A stretch of DNA of 32,000 nucleotides from Nostoc sp. S4 (GCA_029379225.1 JAQYWR010000036.1:1132-33131); one strand, 5' to 3'. Shown: positions 9,502 to 16,754, counted from the stretch's first letter. Numbers and translations are program-made. Notes: generated by a model not told the origin, from the letters alone.

Positions 9502-10443
9502 CTATTCTCTACGCCCTATTTTTATCTCTGACAATCTGAATTGTTCGCCCACAAATGTCAAAGAATCGGCTAAATGTTCCCGCCAATATTTCCAAGTATG
9601 ACTACCTGGAAACTCACGGAGTGAATGGTAAATTTTTAGTTTGTCTAGTACTTGAGAAAATTTTTCGGCTTCATTGATTTCTTCTGTATCTGATTTACCA
9701 GAATCCAGATAGATTCTCAATCGTTTTTGGGCTTGTAGAGGAATAGTTTTAATATAAACTAATGGGCTATTTGTGGGGCCACTTTTATCTTCAAAATAAC
9801 CACTATGACTAAATAAAATTGAGAAATTATTCAGATTGTGTAGTCCTACATTAACTGCACCCCAACCACCAGAAGATAAACCACCTATCGCCCAAAAATC
9901 TGGATTTTGTAGCGTACGATAATGGCTTTGTACAACTTTTACTAATTCATCGCCTACGGCTGTGGAGACTTTACCGTTAGGGCCATCGATATATTCAGGA
10001 TCTCGATAGGGACTAGAGCCGCGTTTGTCGTTGCCATCTGGTGTAATAATTATGCTAGGTGGCAACTTCCCTGTAGTATAAAGTTTTTCGAGAGTTTTGA
10101 CAGCTTGTCCTTTATTTTCAGCAAACCAAGCAGTGGGATCGCCATGGCCACCGTGGAGGAGAAAGATTACAGGATAACTTTGTTTTGGGTTTTGCTGATA
10201 ACCAGGGGGTAAAGAAACGCCGTAGGTACGACTTCCACCCATCACTTGACTATCGTAAGTTTCAATCTTATAGCTGAGGGAAGTAGCCAAGTTGCTAGCA
10301 TTAGGCTGGGATGGAAGCAGGGAAGGGGTTGTTTGGAAGTTTTGCTGTTGCAGCGGTTTTGCGACGACACTTTGGGATAAATTACAGCTAAATAGAGTTA
10401 GTACCGAAAGTAGCAAGAACATTTTCAATTGTTTATAGTTCAT
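9502..10443 (-). CDS. Secreted alpha/beta-hydrolase (esterase D / putative esterase family)
   Basis: GxSxG nucleophile elbow GGLSSGGWGA and HGGHGD upstream. From the ATG at 10443 the N-terminus is MNYKQLKMFLLLSVLTLFSC, a signal peptide with a possible lipobox LFSC. Confidence 0.75.
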   Translation of the reverse strand: MNYKQLKMFLLLSVLTLFSCNLSQSVVAKPLQQQNFQTTPSLLPSQPNASNLATSLSYKIETYDSQVMGGSRTYGVSLPPGYQQNPKQSYPVIFLLHGGHGDPTAWFAENKGQAVKTLEKLYTTGKLPPSIIITPDGNDKRGSSPYRDPEYIDGPNGKVSTAVGDELVKVVQSHYRTLQNPDFWAIGGLSSGGWGAVNVGLHNLNNFSILFSHSGYFEDKSGPTNSPLVYIKTIPLQAQKRLRIYLDSGKSDTEEINEAEKFSQVLDKLKIYHSLREFPGSHTWKYWREHLADSLTFVGEQFRLSEIKIGRRE

Positions 10444-10582
10444 CTTTAAAGGGCATTGGGCAGTTGGTGCTAGCAATCAAAAGTTTATGCAAGTAATTTG
10501 TCAATGTTGTGTCAACACGATGGAAACTATACGACTGGTTGTAAGTTAAAAATCAAGAGTTTGAATAAGTTTCTTTAGTAGG

Positions 10583-11515
10583 ATGCTCAAAAAGCTGCGA
10601 TTTGATTTCAGTTCTTTATTTGGCTTGTTGCTACTGGTGCTTTCTTTGTGGGCGATCGCTCACGAATTGCATGAGTATAATTATCGTGATATCCTCAACT
10701 CTCTAGGCGCTATTCCCAAAAGTCGCTTAAGCTGGGCAATTTGGCTGACAGCTTTGGGTTATCTAGTGATGATTGAGTATGATATTTTGGGTTTTAATTA
10801 CATTAATCGTTCCCTCAACTGGAACAAAATTGCTTTCACTAGCTTTATTAGCTCTGCATTTAGTAATACGATAGGTTTTGCCTTACTGACTGGTAGCGCT
10901 ATCCGTTATCGATTTTATGCTAATTGGGGAGTCTCAGCAGTGGAGATCGCTCAAATAATTGCTTTTGCTAATTTTACTTTTTGGTTGGGGATGTTTGCCA
11001 TTGCTGGATTGATATTTGTTACCAACCCTTTGACAATTCCCACACAACTACATTTGCCTTTTGCAACAGTACGTCCCATTGGTATAATTTTTTTGTTGTT
11101 GATTGCTATATATTTGTTAGGAAGTCTTTTAATTAAACAACCATTAATTATTCGTCAGCAAGAATTTCGCTTTCCTTCCTTGCCAATATCCCTAGCTCAA
11201 ATTGCAATTTCTAGCCTGGACTGGATTCTGGCTGCGGCGGTTCTTTTTGCGGTGCTTCCTAGTAATACTCCTTTGTCTTATCTTGATTTTTTAGGAATTT
11301 ATTTACTAGCGATGTTTGCAGGTGTGGTTAGTAATATTCCTGGGGGTTTGGGTGTTTTTGAAACTGTGATGTTGCTGTTTTTATCATCAAAAATTTCGGC
11401 AGTGGCTGTTTTAGGTTCGCTGTTAGCTTATCGTGGGGTATATTATTTTTTACCTTTGCTGATTGCGGCAGGTTTGCTGGGAATATATGAAGTTAAATTT
11501 AGAGTCAGGGATTAG
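10583..11515 (+). CDS. MprF-like / UPF0104 (YbhN-type) integral membrane protein
   Basis: 310 aa with about 8 TM segments. The pattern YDILGFNYI..KIAFTSFISSAFSNTIGFALLTGSAIRYRFY resembles the membrane domain of lysyl-phosphatidylglycerol synthase/flippase proteins. No cytosolic synthase domain follows. Confidence 0.7.
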   Translation: MLKKLRFDFSSLFGLLLLVLSLWAIAHELHEYNYRDILNSLGAIPKSRLSWAIWLTALGYLVMIEYDILGFNYINRSLNWNKIAFTSFISSAFSNTIGFALLTGSAIRYRFYANWGVSAVEIAQIIAFANFTFWLGMFAIAGLIFVTNPLTIPTQLHLPFATVRPIGIIFLLLIAIYLLGSLLIKQPLIIRQQEFRFPSLPISLAQIAISSLDWILAAAVLFAVLPSNTPLSYLDFLGIYLLAMFAGVVSNIPGGLGVFETVMLLFLSSKISAVAVLGSLLAYRGVYYFLPLLIAAGLLGIYEVKFRVRD

Positions 11516-11523
11516 GTTTTTCA

Positions 11524-11564
11524 ACGCAAAGGGACGCAGAGGTAAGCGCAAAGGTACGCAGAGG
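11524..11564. repeat. Small dispersed repeat (CGCAAAGG / CGCAGAGG modules)
   Basis: acgcaaagggacgcagaggtaagcgcaaaggtacgcagagg. The same modules occur in the opposite orientation at 2969-3012. Confidence 0.5.
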
Positions 11565-11685
11565 TTTTGTTGGAAGTCGTCCCTTAATTTTTTTATAATT
11601 TCTTCTGTTATTTGTTCTTCATCACCTGTTTAGAGGCTGTTAGACTGAGAACCATAAGTAAAATTTCGGATGTTTTGGCGAATTT

Positions 11686-12075
11686 ATGGAGCCAGTATCA
11701 CTGACAGCAGCTGCGATCGCCACCTTGGTCATCACTAAAGCCTTTGAAAAAACTGGTGAAACCATCGGCGAAAAGGCTTGGCAGGAAGGTGAAAAGTTAT
11801 TATTACTCTTGAAGCGCAAACAACCCAACACAGCCAATGCAATAGAACTGGCTCAAACACAACCTTTAGATTATGGTCAAGCGCATTTGGTTGAGCAAGT
11901 AGAACAAGCGGCAAACAAAGACCCGGAAATTGCTCAAGCTGTCGAGACGGTGGCGGATGCTGTCAAATCTCAACCCGCTATTATCCAGAATTTTACGAAC
12001 ACAGTTGATAAAAATTATGGCGGGAATGTCGGGAATGTTTCTCATGACAACCGAACCCAAACTTTTAACTTCTGA
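11686..12075 (+). CDS. 129-aa helical N-terminal (effector-like) module, in frame with the downstream NB-ARC/TPR ORF and ended by TGA 12073-12075
   Basis: ATG at 11686. A hydrophobic, small-residue N-terminal helix (MEPVSLTAAAIATLVITKAF) is followed by charged helices and an N/G/Q-rich tail (IIQNFTNTVDKNYGGNVGNVSHDNRTQTFNF). It shares the reading frame of 12136-14211. Confidence 0.6.
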   Translation: MEPVSLTAAAIATLVITKAFEKTGETIGEKAWQEGEKLLLLLKRKQPNTANAIELAQTQPLDYGQAHLVEQVEQAANKDPEIAQAVETVADAVKSQPAIIQNFTNTVDKNYGGNVGNVSHDNRTQTFNF

Positions 12076-12135
12076 CTACAGCCGCCCGAACGGGAACGGG
12101 TAAAGTTAAATCCCCCTACTGAAATACCGCAAAAT

Positions 12136-14211
12136 TTGCCCCTGAGTGGGGTGGTGGAATTTGTTGGACGTGAACAAGAATTGCAAAACCTCCATCAACT
12201 TTTGCAGGATAATAAGCAAGTAGCTATTGCAGCTATTACTGGGATGGGTGGAGTTGGTAAAACAGAACTCGCCCTGCAATATGCCATTCAGCAACGCGAA
12301 ACATATAACGGTGGGCTTTGCTGGTTGCTGGCAAAAACTGGGGATGTGGGCATTCAAGTTGTGCAGTTTGCCAGAACGCAGCTTGATTTAAAGCCACCAG
12401 AAGATTTTGATATACTCGCCCAAGTGCAATATTGCTGGCGGCGTTGGCGTGAGGGTGAGGTGCTGCTAGTGTTGGATGATGTCAGCGACTACGAGCAAGT
12501 TAAGCCTTACTTACAGTCGCTACCTTCTCGGTTTAAAGTGTTGATGACTACACGCCAGAAGTTGGGACGCATCCCACAGTTATCTTTGGATGTACTGCAA
12601 CCAGAGGCGGCGCTGGAGTTGTTGAGGTCTTTACTCAAGGAAACACCAGAGCGAATTGAGCGAGAATTAGCTGTAGCAAATCAGTTGTGTGAGTGGCTAG
12701 GATATTTACCTTTGGGTGTGGAATTAGTGGGGCGCTATCTGGCGCGGAAACAGGATTTATCTCTAACAGAAATGTTGCGGCGATTGGAGAACAAGCGACT
12801 AGATGAGCGTTCTCTGTCTAAATCTAAGTCAGAAGCCGACATGACAGCACAACGAGGTGTATTAGCAGCCTTTGAGTTGAGTTGGCAAGAATTAGAAGAC
12901 GACGATAAGCAATTGGGCTGTTTATTGAGTTTATTTGCCGCCGCACCCATACCTTGGAAGTTGGTGGAACAGTGTTTACCAGAAGAAGATGTCGAAGATT
13001 TAGAAGAAATTAGAGACGATAGCTTGCTGAATCTACATTTACTCCAGCGCAAAGGTGAGGGAGTTTACCAATTGCATCCACTGTTGCGGCAGTTTTTCCA
13101 ATATAAGTGTACAGGTTTAGAAAAGGCAGAGGAACTTAAGCGAAGTTTTTGCCGGGTAATGGTAGCAGTTGCCCAAGATATTCCTTACTCGTCAACCCTT
13201 GAGCAAATCACCATCGTCTCTCCTGCCATACCTCACATAGCAGAAGTAGCAAATAATCTTATTCAATACGTTAACGATAATGATTTAACTGGAGCATTCA
13301 TCGGTAACGCTCGATTTTACGAAGGTCAAGGGTTGTATAACCAAGCTTTACCTTGGTATAAGCAGTGTCTAGAAGTTATCAAAAAACGCTTAGGAGATGA
13401 ACACTCATTTGTTGCAGAAAGCCTCAACAACCTAGCTTTACTCTACGAATCTCAAGGCAGATACAGCGAAGCCGAACCCCTTTACATGCAAGCTTTGGCA
13501 CTCACGCGTAAGCTGCTGGGCAAAGAACATCTAGATGTCGCCACTAGCCTCAACAACCTAGCGGTACTTTACCAATCCCAAGGCAGATACAGCGAAGCTG
13601 AACCCCTTTACATCCAAGCTTTGGCACTCACACGTAAGCTGCTGGGCGAAGAACATCTAGATGTCGCTCAAAGTCTCAACAACCTAGCTGTACTCTATGA
13701 TTCCCAAGGCAGATACAGCGAAGCCGAACCCCTTCACATCCAAGCTTTAGGACTCAGGCGCAAGCTGCTGGGAGAAGAACATCCACATGTCGCCTCTAGC
13801 CTTAACAACCTAGCAGGACTCTACTTTGCCCAAGGCAGATACAGCGAAGCCGAACTCCTTTACATTCAAGCTTTGGCACTCAGGCTCAAGCTGCTAGGAG
13901 AAGAACATCCAGATGTCGCACTTAGTCTCAACAACCTAGCGTATCTCTACTCTTCCCAAGAAAGATGCAGTGAAGCCGAACCGCTGTACCTACGAGCTTT
14001 GGAACTAAGACGCAAGCTGCTAGGAGAAGAACATTCATTTTTTGCCATTAGTCTTAACAATTTGGCAAAACTTTACTACTTACAAAAACGTTACGCACAA
14101 GCCGAACCATTGTATCTGCAAGCATTAGAAATTTTTGAGCAACAATTAGGGGTAAATCATCCTTGGACTGTTAAGTGTCGTGAAAATCTGGCAAATCTTT
14201 CCGTAGGCTAG
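12136..14211 (+). CDS. NLR-like STAND ATPase: NB-ARC domain plus kinesin-light-chain-type TPR array
   Basis: Walker A GMGGVGKT (12241-12264), Walker B LLVLDDV, then MTTR and GYLPLG (GLPL-like) motifs, followed by 6-7 TPR units of 42 aa. There is no in-frame ATG between the upstream TGA and the P-loop, only TTG 12136 and GTG 12151/12154. Confidence 0.85.
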   Translation: MPLSGVVEFVGREQELQNLHQLLQDNKQVAIAAITGMGGVGKTELALQYAIQQRETYNGGLCWLLAKTGDVGIQVVQFARTQLDLKPPEDFDILAQVQYCWRRWREGEVLLVLDDVSDYEQVKPYLQSLPSRFKVLMTTRQKLGRIPQLSLDVLQPEAALELLRSLLKETPERIERELAVANQLCEWLGYLPLGVELVGRYLARKQDLSLTEMLRRLENKRLDERSLSKSKSEADMTAQRGVLAAFELSWQELEDDDKQLGCLLSLFAAAPIPWKLVEQCLPEEDVEDLEEIRDDSLLNLHLLQRKGEGVYQLHPLLRQFFQYKCTGLEKAEELKRSFCRVMVAVAQDIPYSSTLEQITIVSPAIPHIAEVANNLIQYVNDNDLTGAFIGNARFYEGQGLYNQALPWYKQCLEVIKKRLGDEHSFVAESLNNLALLYESQGRYSEAEPLYMQALALTRKLLGKEHLDVATSLNNLAVLYQSQGRYSEAEPLYIQALALTRKLLGEEHLDVAQSLNNLAVLYDSQGRYSEAEPLHIQALGLRRKLLGEEHPHVASSLNNLAGLYFAQGRYSEAELLYIQALALRLKLLGEEHPDVALSLNNLAYLYSSQERCSEAEPLYLRALELRRKLLGEEHSFFAISLNNLAKLYYLQKRYAQAEPLYLQALEIFEQQLGVNHPWTVKCRENLANLSVG
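13420..14175 (+). repeat. Six tandem 126-bp coding repeats (42-aa TPR units), near-identical at DNA level
   Basis: Units begin at 13420, 13546, 13672, 13798, 13924 and 14050. Each encodes SLNNLAxLYxSQGRYSEAEPLYxQALxLxRKLLGEEHxxVAx. Long identical stretches such as caaggcagatacagcgaagccgaaccc recur. Confidence 0.85.
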
Positions 14212-14319
14212 CAAATACCGCAGGCATCGCTTCCCTTAAAATCCAGAATAGACTTATAGGGCTACGAATTTACAGGTGTTTATGCAAAGCATACCATGCT
14301 AGAACTTAAACACGCGATC

Positions 14320-14529
14320 GCCTCAACTGAGCTTTTCATGTTCTGAACTCGGCCTTTCGTGTTCTGAACTCGGCCTTTCGTGTTCTGAACTCGACCTTTC
14401 ATGTTCTGAACTCGACCTTTCGTGTTGCGAACGAGAATGTTCCTGTTTCAAACGAGAACGTTCCTGTTTCAAGTGACAACGTTTTAGTTTCGAGCTAGTC
14501 GTTCCTTGTTCTCAGGTAGAACGATGGTG
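14320..14529. repeat. Phased tandem array of ten 21-bp units in two subfamilies
   Basis: Subfamily 1 is ttctgaactcg(g/a)cctttc(g/a)tg at 14341, 14362, 14383 and 14404, with a degenerate copy at 14320. Subfamily 2 is tt(g/t)c(g/a)aacgagaa(t/c)gttcctg at 14425 and 14446, with decaying copies at 14467, 14488 and 14509. The 21-bp phase is constant throughout and there are no spacers. Confidence 0.8.
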
Positions 14530-14556
14530 TTGTAAAGGCGTAGGCGTAGCCCGTCG
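14519..14556. repeat. Left copy of a 38-bp direct repeat flanking hicBA
   Basis: gaacgatggtgttgtaaaggcgtaggcgtagcccgtcg matches 15190-15227 at 34 of 38 positions. A partial third copy (gcgtaggcgtagcccgtcgtagacatcgc) lies at 14597-14625. Confidence 0.7.
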
Positions 14557-14638
14557 GAGACATCACTCACCTAAATTTCATTAAACTACATCAATAGCGT
14601 AGGCGTAGCCCGTCGTAGACATCGCTTCTCCCCAAATC

Positions 14639-14833
14639 CTAAGGGCTATTCCATTCTTCTAGCGTAATTTGCCGTTCTAAAATCATCTCAACTTCTGCAA
14701 TCATCATCCGCAATAGCGGTACAGAATACTCATCATTAGAAGGAATAGTTAGGCGATGTTGGCTATAAACCATAAACTGATGTCTTGTTCCAGAATAAGG
14801 CCCCTCAAACCCAATCCATCGTAATTTCTTCAC
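14639..14833 (-). CDS. hicA: HicA-family (YcfA-like) toxin, type II toxin-antitoxin system
   Basis: The 64 aa KKLRWIGFEGPYSGTRHQFMVYSQHRLTIPSNDEYSVPLLRMMIAEVEMILERQITLEEW fit the HicA pattern (..KLGFEGPYSGGKHQFM....RLTIP..). Only a GTG start is available at 14833, and the open frame continues upstream as ..KRRDF without an ATG. The gene lies 13 nt after the hicB stop. Confidence 0.75.
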   Translation of the reverse strand: MKKLRWIGFEGPYSGTRHQFMVYSQHRLTIPSNDEYSVPLLRMMIAEVEMILERQITLEEWNSP

Positions 14834-14846
14834 AAAATCCCGACGC

Positions 14847-15119
14847 TTACACGGTATCCATCAGCTCAAGGCTCGGCTCCTTGTTGAGGTCAATATTATC
14901 AATTACTGGTAGAGAATGTCCCAACTTTAACCCAAGCAAAATCCAGTCTTCGAGCGTTGAGCGTAATTCATCCTCACACTCACGCAAAGTCGATGCAAAG
15001 GCTATTACTCCTTTACAAACAGGAATTCTACCTGTAAATGTACCATCTTCTAACTTGTCATAAATTGCTTGGGCGATCGCTAGCTCAACATAGTCGCTCA
15101 GAATAAATCTTATCGTCAT
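14847..15119 (-). CDS. hicB: HicB-family (UPF0150-type) antitoxin
   Basis: 90 aa with DGTFTGRIPVCKGVIAFASTLRECEDELRSTLEDWILLGLKLGHSLPVIDNIDL, the typical HicB N-domain pattern. It sits directly upstream of hicA on the same strand. Confidence 0.75.
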   Translation of the reverse strand: MTIRFILSDYVELAIAQAIYDKLEDGTFTGRIPVCKGVIAFASTLRECEDELRSTLEDWILLGLKLGHSLPVIDNIDLNKEPSLELMDTV

Positions 15120-15189
15120 GAAATCTCGCGTTGTGCTATCAATTTATCTTACGTTAAAAAATTGATTTCTCTGACGGTTTACCTCGGTG

Positions 15190-15227
15190 GAATGATGGTA
15201 TTGTCAAGGCGTAGGCGTAGCCCGTCG
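15190..15227. repeat. Right copy of the 38-bp direct repeat flanking hicBA
   Basis: gaatgatggtattgtcaaggcgtaggcgtagcccgtcg, followed by the related module gcgtagcgtctcgtagagaagacatcgc. Confidence 0.7.
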
Positions 15228-15349
15228 TTCGCGTAGCGTCTCGTAGAGAAGACATCGCTCTTATATGGTTGTGAATGATATAGAGCTACCCTTAGTTGAT
15301 TATCAACTATACTTGCTATCAATATTGCTCAAACCTTGAAATTTAAAAT

Positions 15350-15919
15350 ATGATAGCCTCCCCCCAACAAATTTATCTTACCCCTGAACAGTACATCCAA
15401 CTAGAGGAACAAAACCCTGTCAAACATGAATACATCGACGGCTACATCTATGCAATGGCTGGAGCGCTTGACCCACATGTTACCATTGCTGGAAACCTGT
15501 TTGCTCTCCTCCGTAATCATATACGCGGTTCTAGTTGTCGTGTTTACATCGCCGACATGAAAGCCCGAATTGAATCTCTAAATCGCTTTTATTATCCCGA
15601 TGTCATGGTTACTTGCGACTCACGAGACCGAGAAACACCAGCGTATAAAAGCTTTCCCTGTTTAATTGTTGAAGTTTTATCTAATTCTACTGAAGCCTTT
15701 GACCGGGGTGACAAGTTCGCTGATTATCAAGCACTCGAAACCTTGAAAGAATACGTTTTAATTAATACAAAACGTCAACGAGTTGAGTGTTTTCGCCGCA
15801 ATGATGAGGGACTGTGGGTTTTGCAATCTTACACAGCAGAAGATAAATCATTTCGACTCAACAGCGTGGATTTTCAAGAAACAATAGCAGCACTTTACGA
15901 AGATGTAGTTTTTGAATAA
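15350..15919 (+). CDS. Uma2 family endonuclease (DUF820, PD-(D/E)xK-like)
   Basis: HEYIDGYIYAMAGA .. YYPDVMVTCD .. PCLIVEVLSNSTEAFDRGDKFADYQ .. LKEYVLIN is the characteristic Uma2 pattern, a family abundant in cyanobacteria. Confidence 0.85.
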   Translation: MIASPQQIYLTPEQYIQLEEQNPVKHEYIDGYIYAMAGALDPHVTIAGNLFALLRNHIRGSSCRVYIADMKARIESLNRFYYPDVMVTCDSRDRETPAYKSFPCLIVEVLSNSTEAFDRGDKFADYQALETLKEYVLINTKRQRVECFRRNDEGLWVLQSYTAEDKSFRLNSVDFQETIAALYEDVVFE

Positions 15920-16029
15920 TTCTCAAACTGAGCTGCGAATTAATCTTTAAAACAGGTGGTGTCTACAACTAATCCTCTAAAACTGGATATTTAGAGATAT
16001 TTTTATTTACTCACATTAATAATTAAATG

Positions 16030-16209
16030 CTACTTCTGTTTATTTTTATCTAACTTCTCTTGGATAGCCTCTCTACAGAATTGTGCAGGGTCATCTTGTG
16101 CTTTCACCTCTTGTTTCATCTCTTTGGTAACTCGGAAACTGAGATTGTCGGTTAATTCTTTACTGGGCTGATTCCCAAAATTCTGAGGGTTACCTTTAGG
16201 ATTGGGCAT
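16030..16209 (-). CDS. Small (59 aa) putative ribbon-helix-helix-like DNA-binding protein
   Basis: From the ATG at 16209: MPNPKGNPQNFGNQPSKELTDNLSFRVTKEMKQEVKAQDDPAQFCREAIQEKL. The short beta-strand (LSFRV) followed by two helices looks RHH-like. The longer track ORF from 16320 is unlikely. Confidence 0.45.
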   Translation of the reverse strand: MPNPKGNPQNFGNQPSKELTDNLSFRVTKEMKQEVKAQDDPAQFCREAIQEKLDKNKQK

Positions 16210-16331
16210 TGTTGAGAAAAGTAAATATAGCTTTAATCGACGCGCGCAACGAAATATAGTTTTAAATCGGTAGGCTACTCGCCTGACAAACTTGTTACCT
16301 ACCGATACCACTTTTATCAAGAGGTAATTCT

Positions 16332-16709
16332 ATGTTTACACGTTCGGAACTTGAAATAAAGACTGTCCCTGAATTACAGGACTTATGTCGTCGATACGGT
16401 ATCCGTCTCACAGGGAGTGCAGCGTACAAGAGTAGCTACATTACCTCTCTGCTATCTTTCCCGATAATAGCGATTAGCCAGATGGAAGAAGCCAAAGGGT
16501 TAAAGTCACCAACTCTTGCTTATATTCAGGTAATTGGTTCAGCGGTAGATGAGATGAATTCACCTACAACTGAACAAGCAGCGCTGATTAGAATTTCTCT
16601 AGAAGGTAGGCGAATGGCTTACCCAGACAGATATCACCAAGAAAGGTTACTAGCTTGGCATATAGCTAAGATGAGACTTGAGCAGGCGATCGCACTACTC
16701 GGTAGGTAA
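16332..16709 (+). CDS. Hypothetical protein with an N-terminal HeH/SAP (Rho-N-like) motif
   Basis: GAGG lies 7 nt upstream of the ATG. The N-terminus SELEIKTVPELQDLCRRYGI resembles the helix-extended-helix motif of the Rho N-terminal and SAP domains. The rest is unassigned. Confidence 0.5.
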   Translation: MFTRSELEIKTVPELQDLCRRYGIRLTGSAAYKSSYITSLLSFPIIAISQMEEAKGLKSPTLAYIQVIGSAVDEMNSPTTEQAALIRISLEGRRMAYPDRYHQERLLAWHIAKMRLEQAIALLGR

Positions 16710-16719
16710 TCTCTTACTC

Positions 16720-16754
16720 ATCCCATCCCCGAAAAGGAGATGGGATTTCCCTTT
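16720..16754 (+). terminator. Rho-independent terminator candidate
   Basis: 8-bp stem atcccatc / gatgggat with an 11-nt loop, followed by ttccctttg. It lies 10 nt after the stop of 16332-16709. Confidence 0.55.

Noticed and set aside
10583-11515. The MprF-like gene might be a truncated lysyl-PG synthase whose C-terminal synthase domain was removed by insertion of the island
   Set aside because: Stand-alone UPF0104/YbhN-type proteins of about 300 aa are common. No remnant of a synthase domain is visible downstream in any frame between 11516 and 16855.
12073-12075. TGA recoded as Trp or selenocysteine. Three unexpected in-frame TGAs exist in the window: here, at 25907-25909 and at 26044-26046.
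   Set aside because: Other genes in the window clearly terminate at TGA (1803-1805 and 30744-30746). I see no SECIS-like hairpin right after 12075. The GlsB-like locus also carries a frameshift and a TAA-containing insert, so decay explains it better. Low-level read-through at 12073 remains possible and is listed as a finding, not as recoding.
9137-13052. Shadow ORFs 9137-9364, 11640-11837, 11866-12060, 12106-12357 and 12735-13052
   Set aside because: They overlap better-supported genes or repeat hairpins on the opposite strand and have low-complexity or Ser/Cys-rich translations.
14320-14529. Possible CRISPR array because of regularly spaced direct repeats
   Set aside because: The units abut each other with no unique spacers, the repeat length is 21 bp, and no cas genes are nearby. 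It is a plain tandem repeat.
14785-15063. 92-aa plus-strand ORF across hicBA
   Set aside because: It is antisense to both TA genes, which have clear family signatures. Its translation is Ser-rich and lacks motifs.
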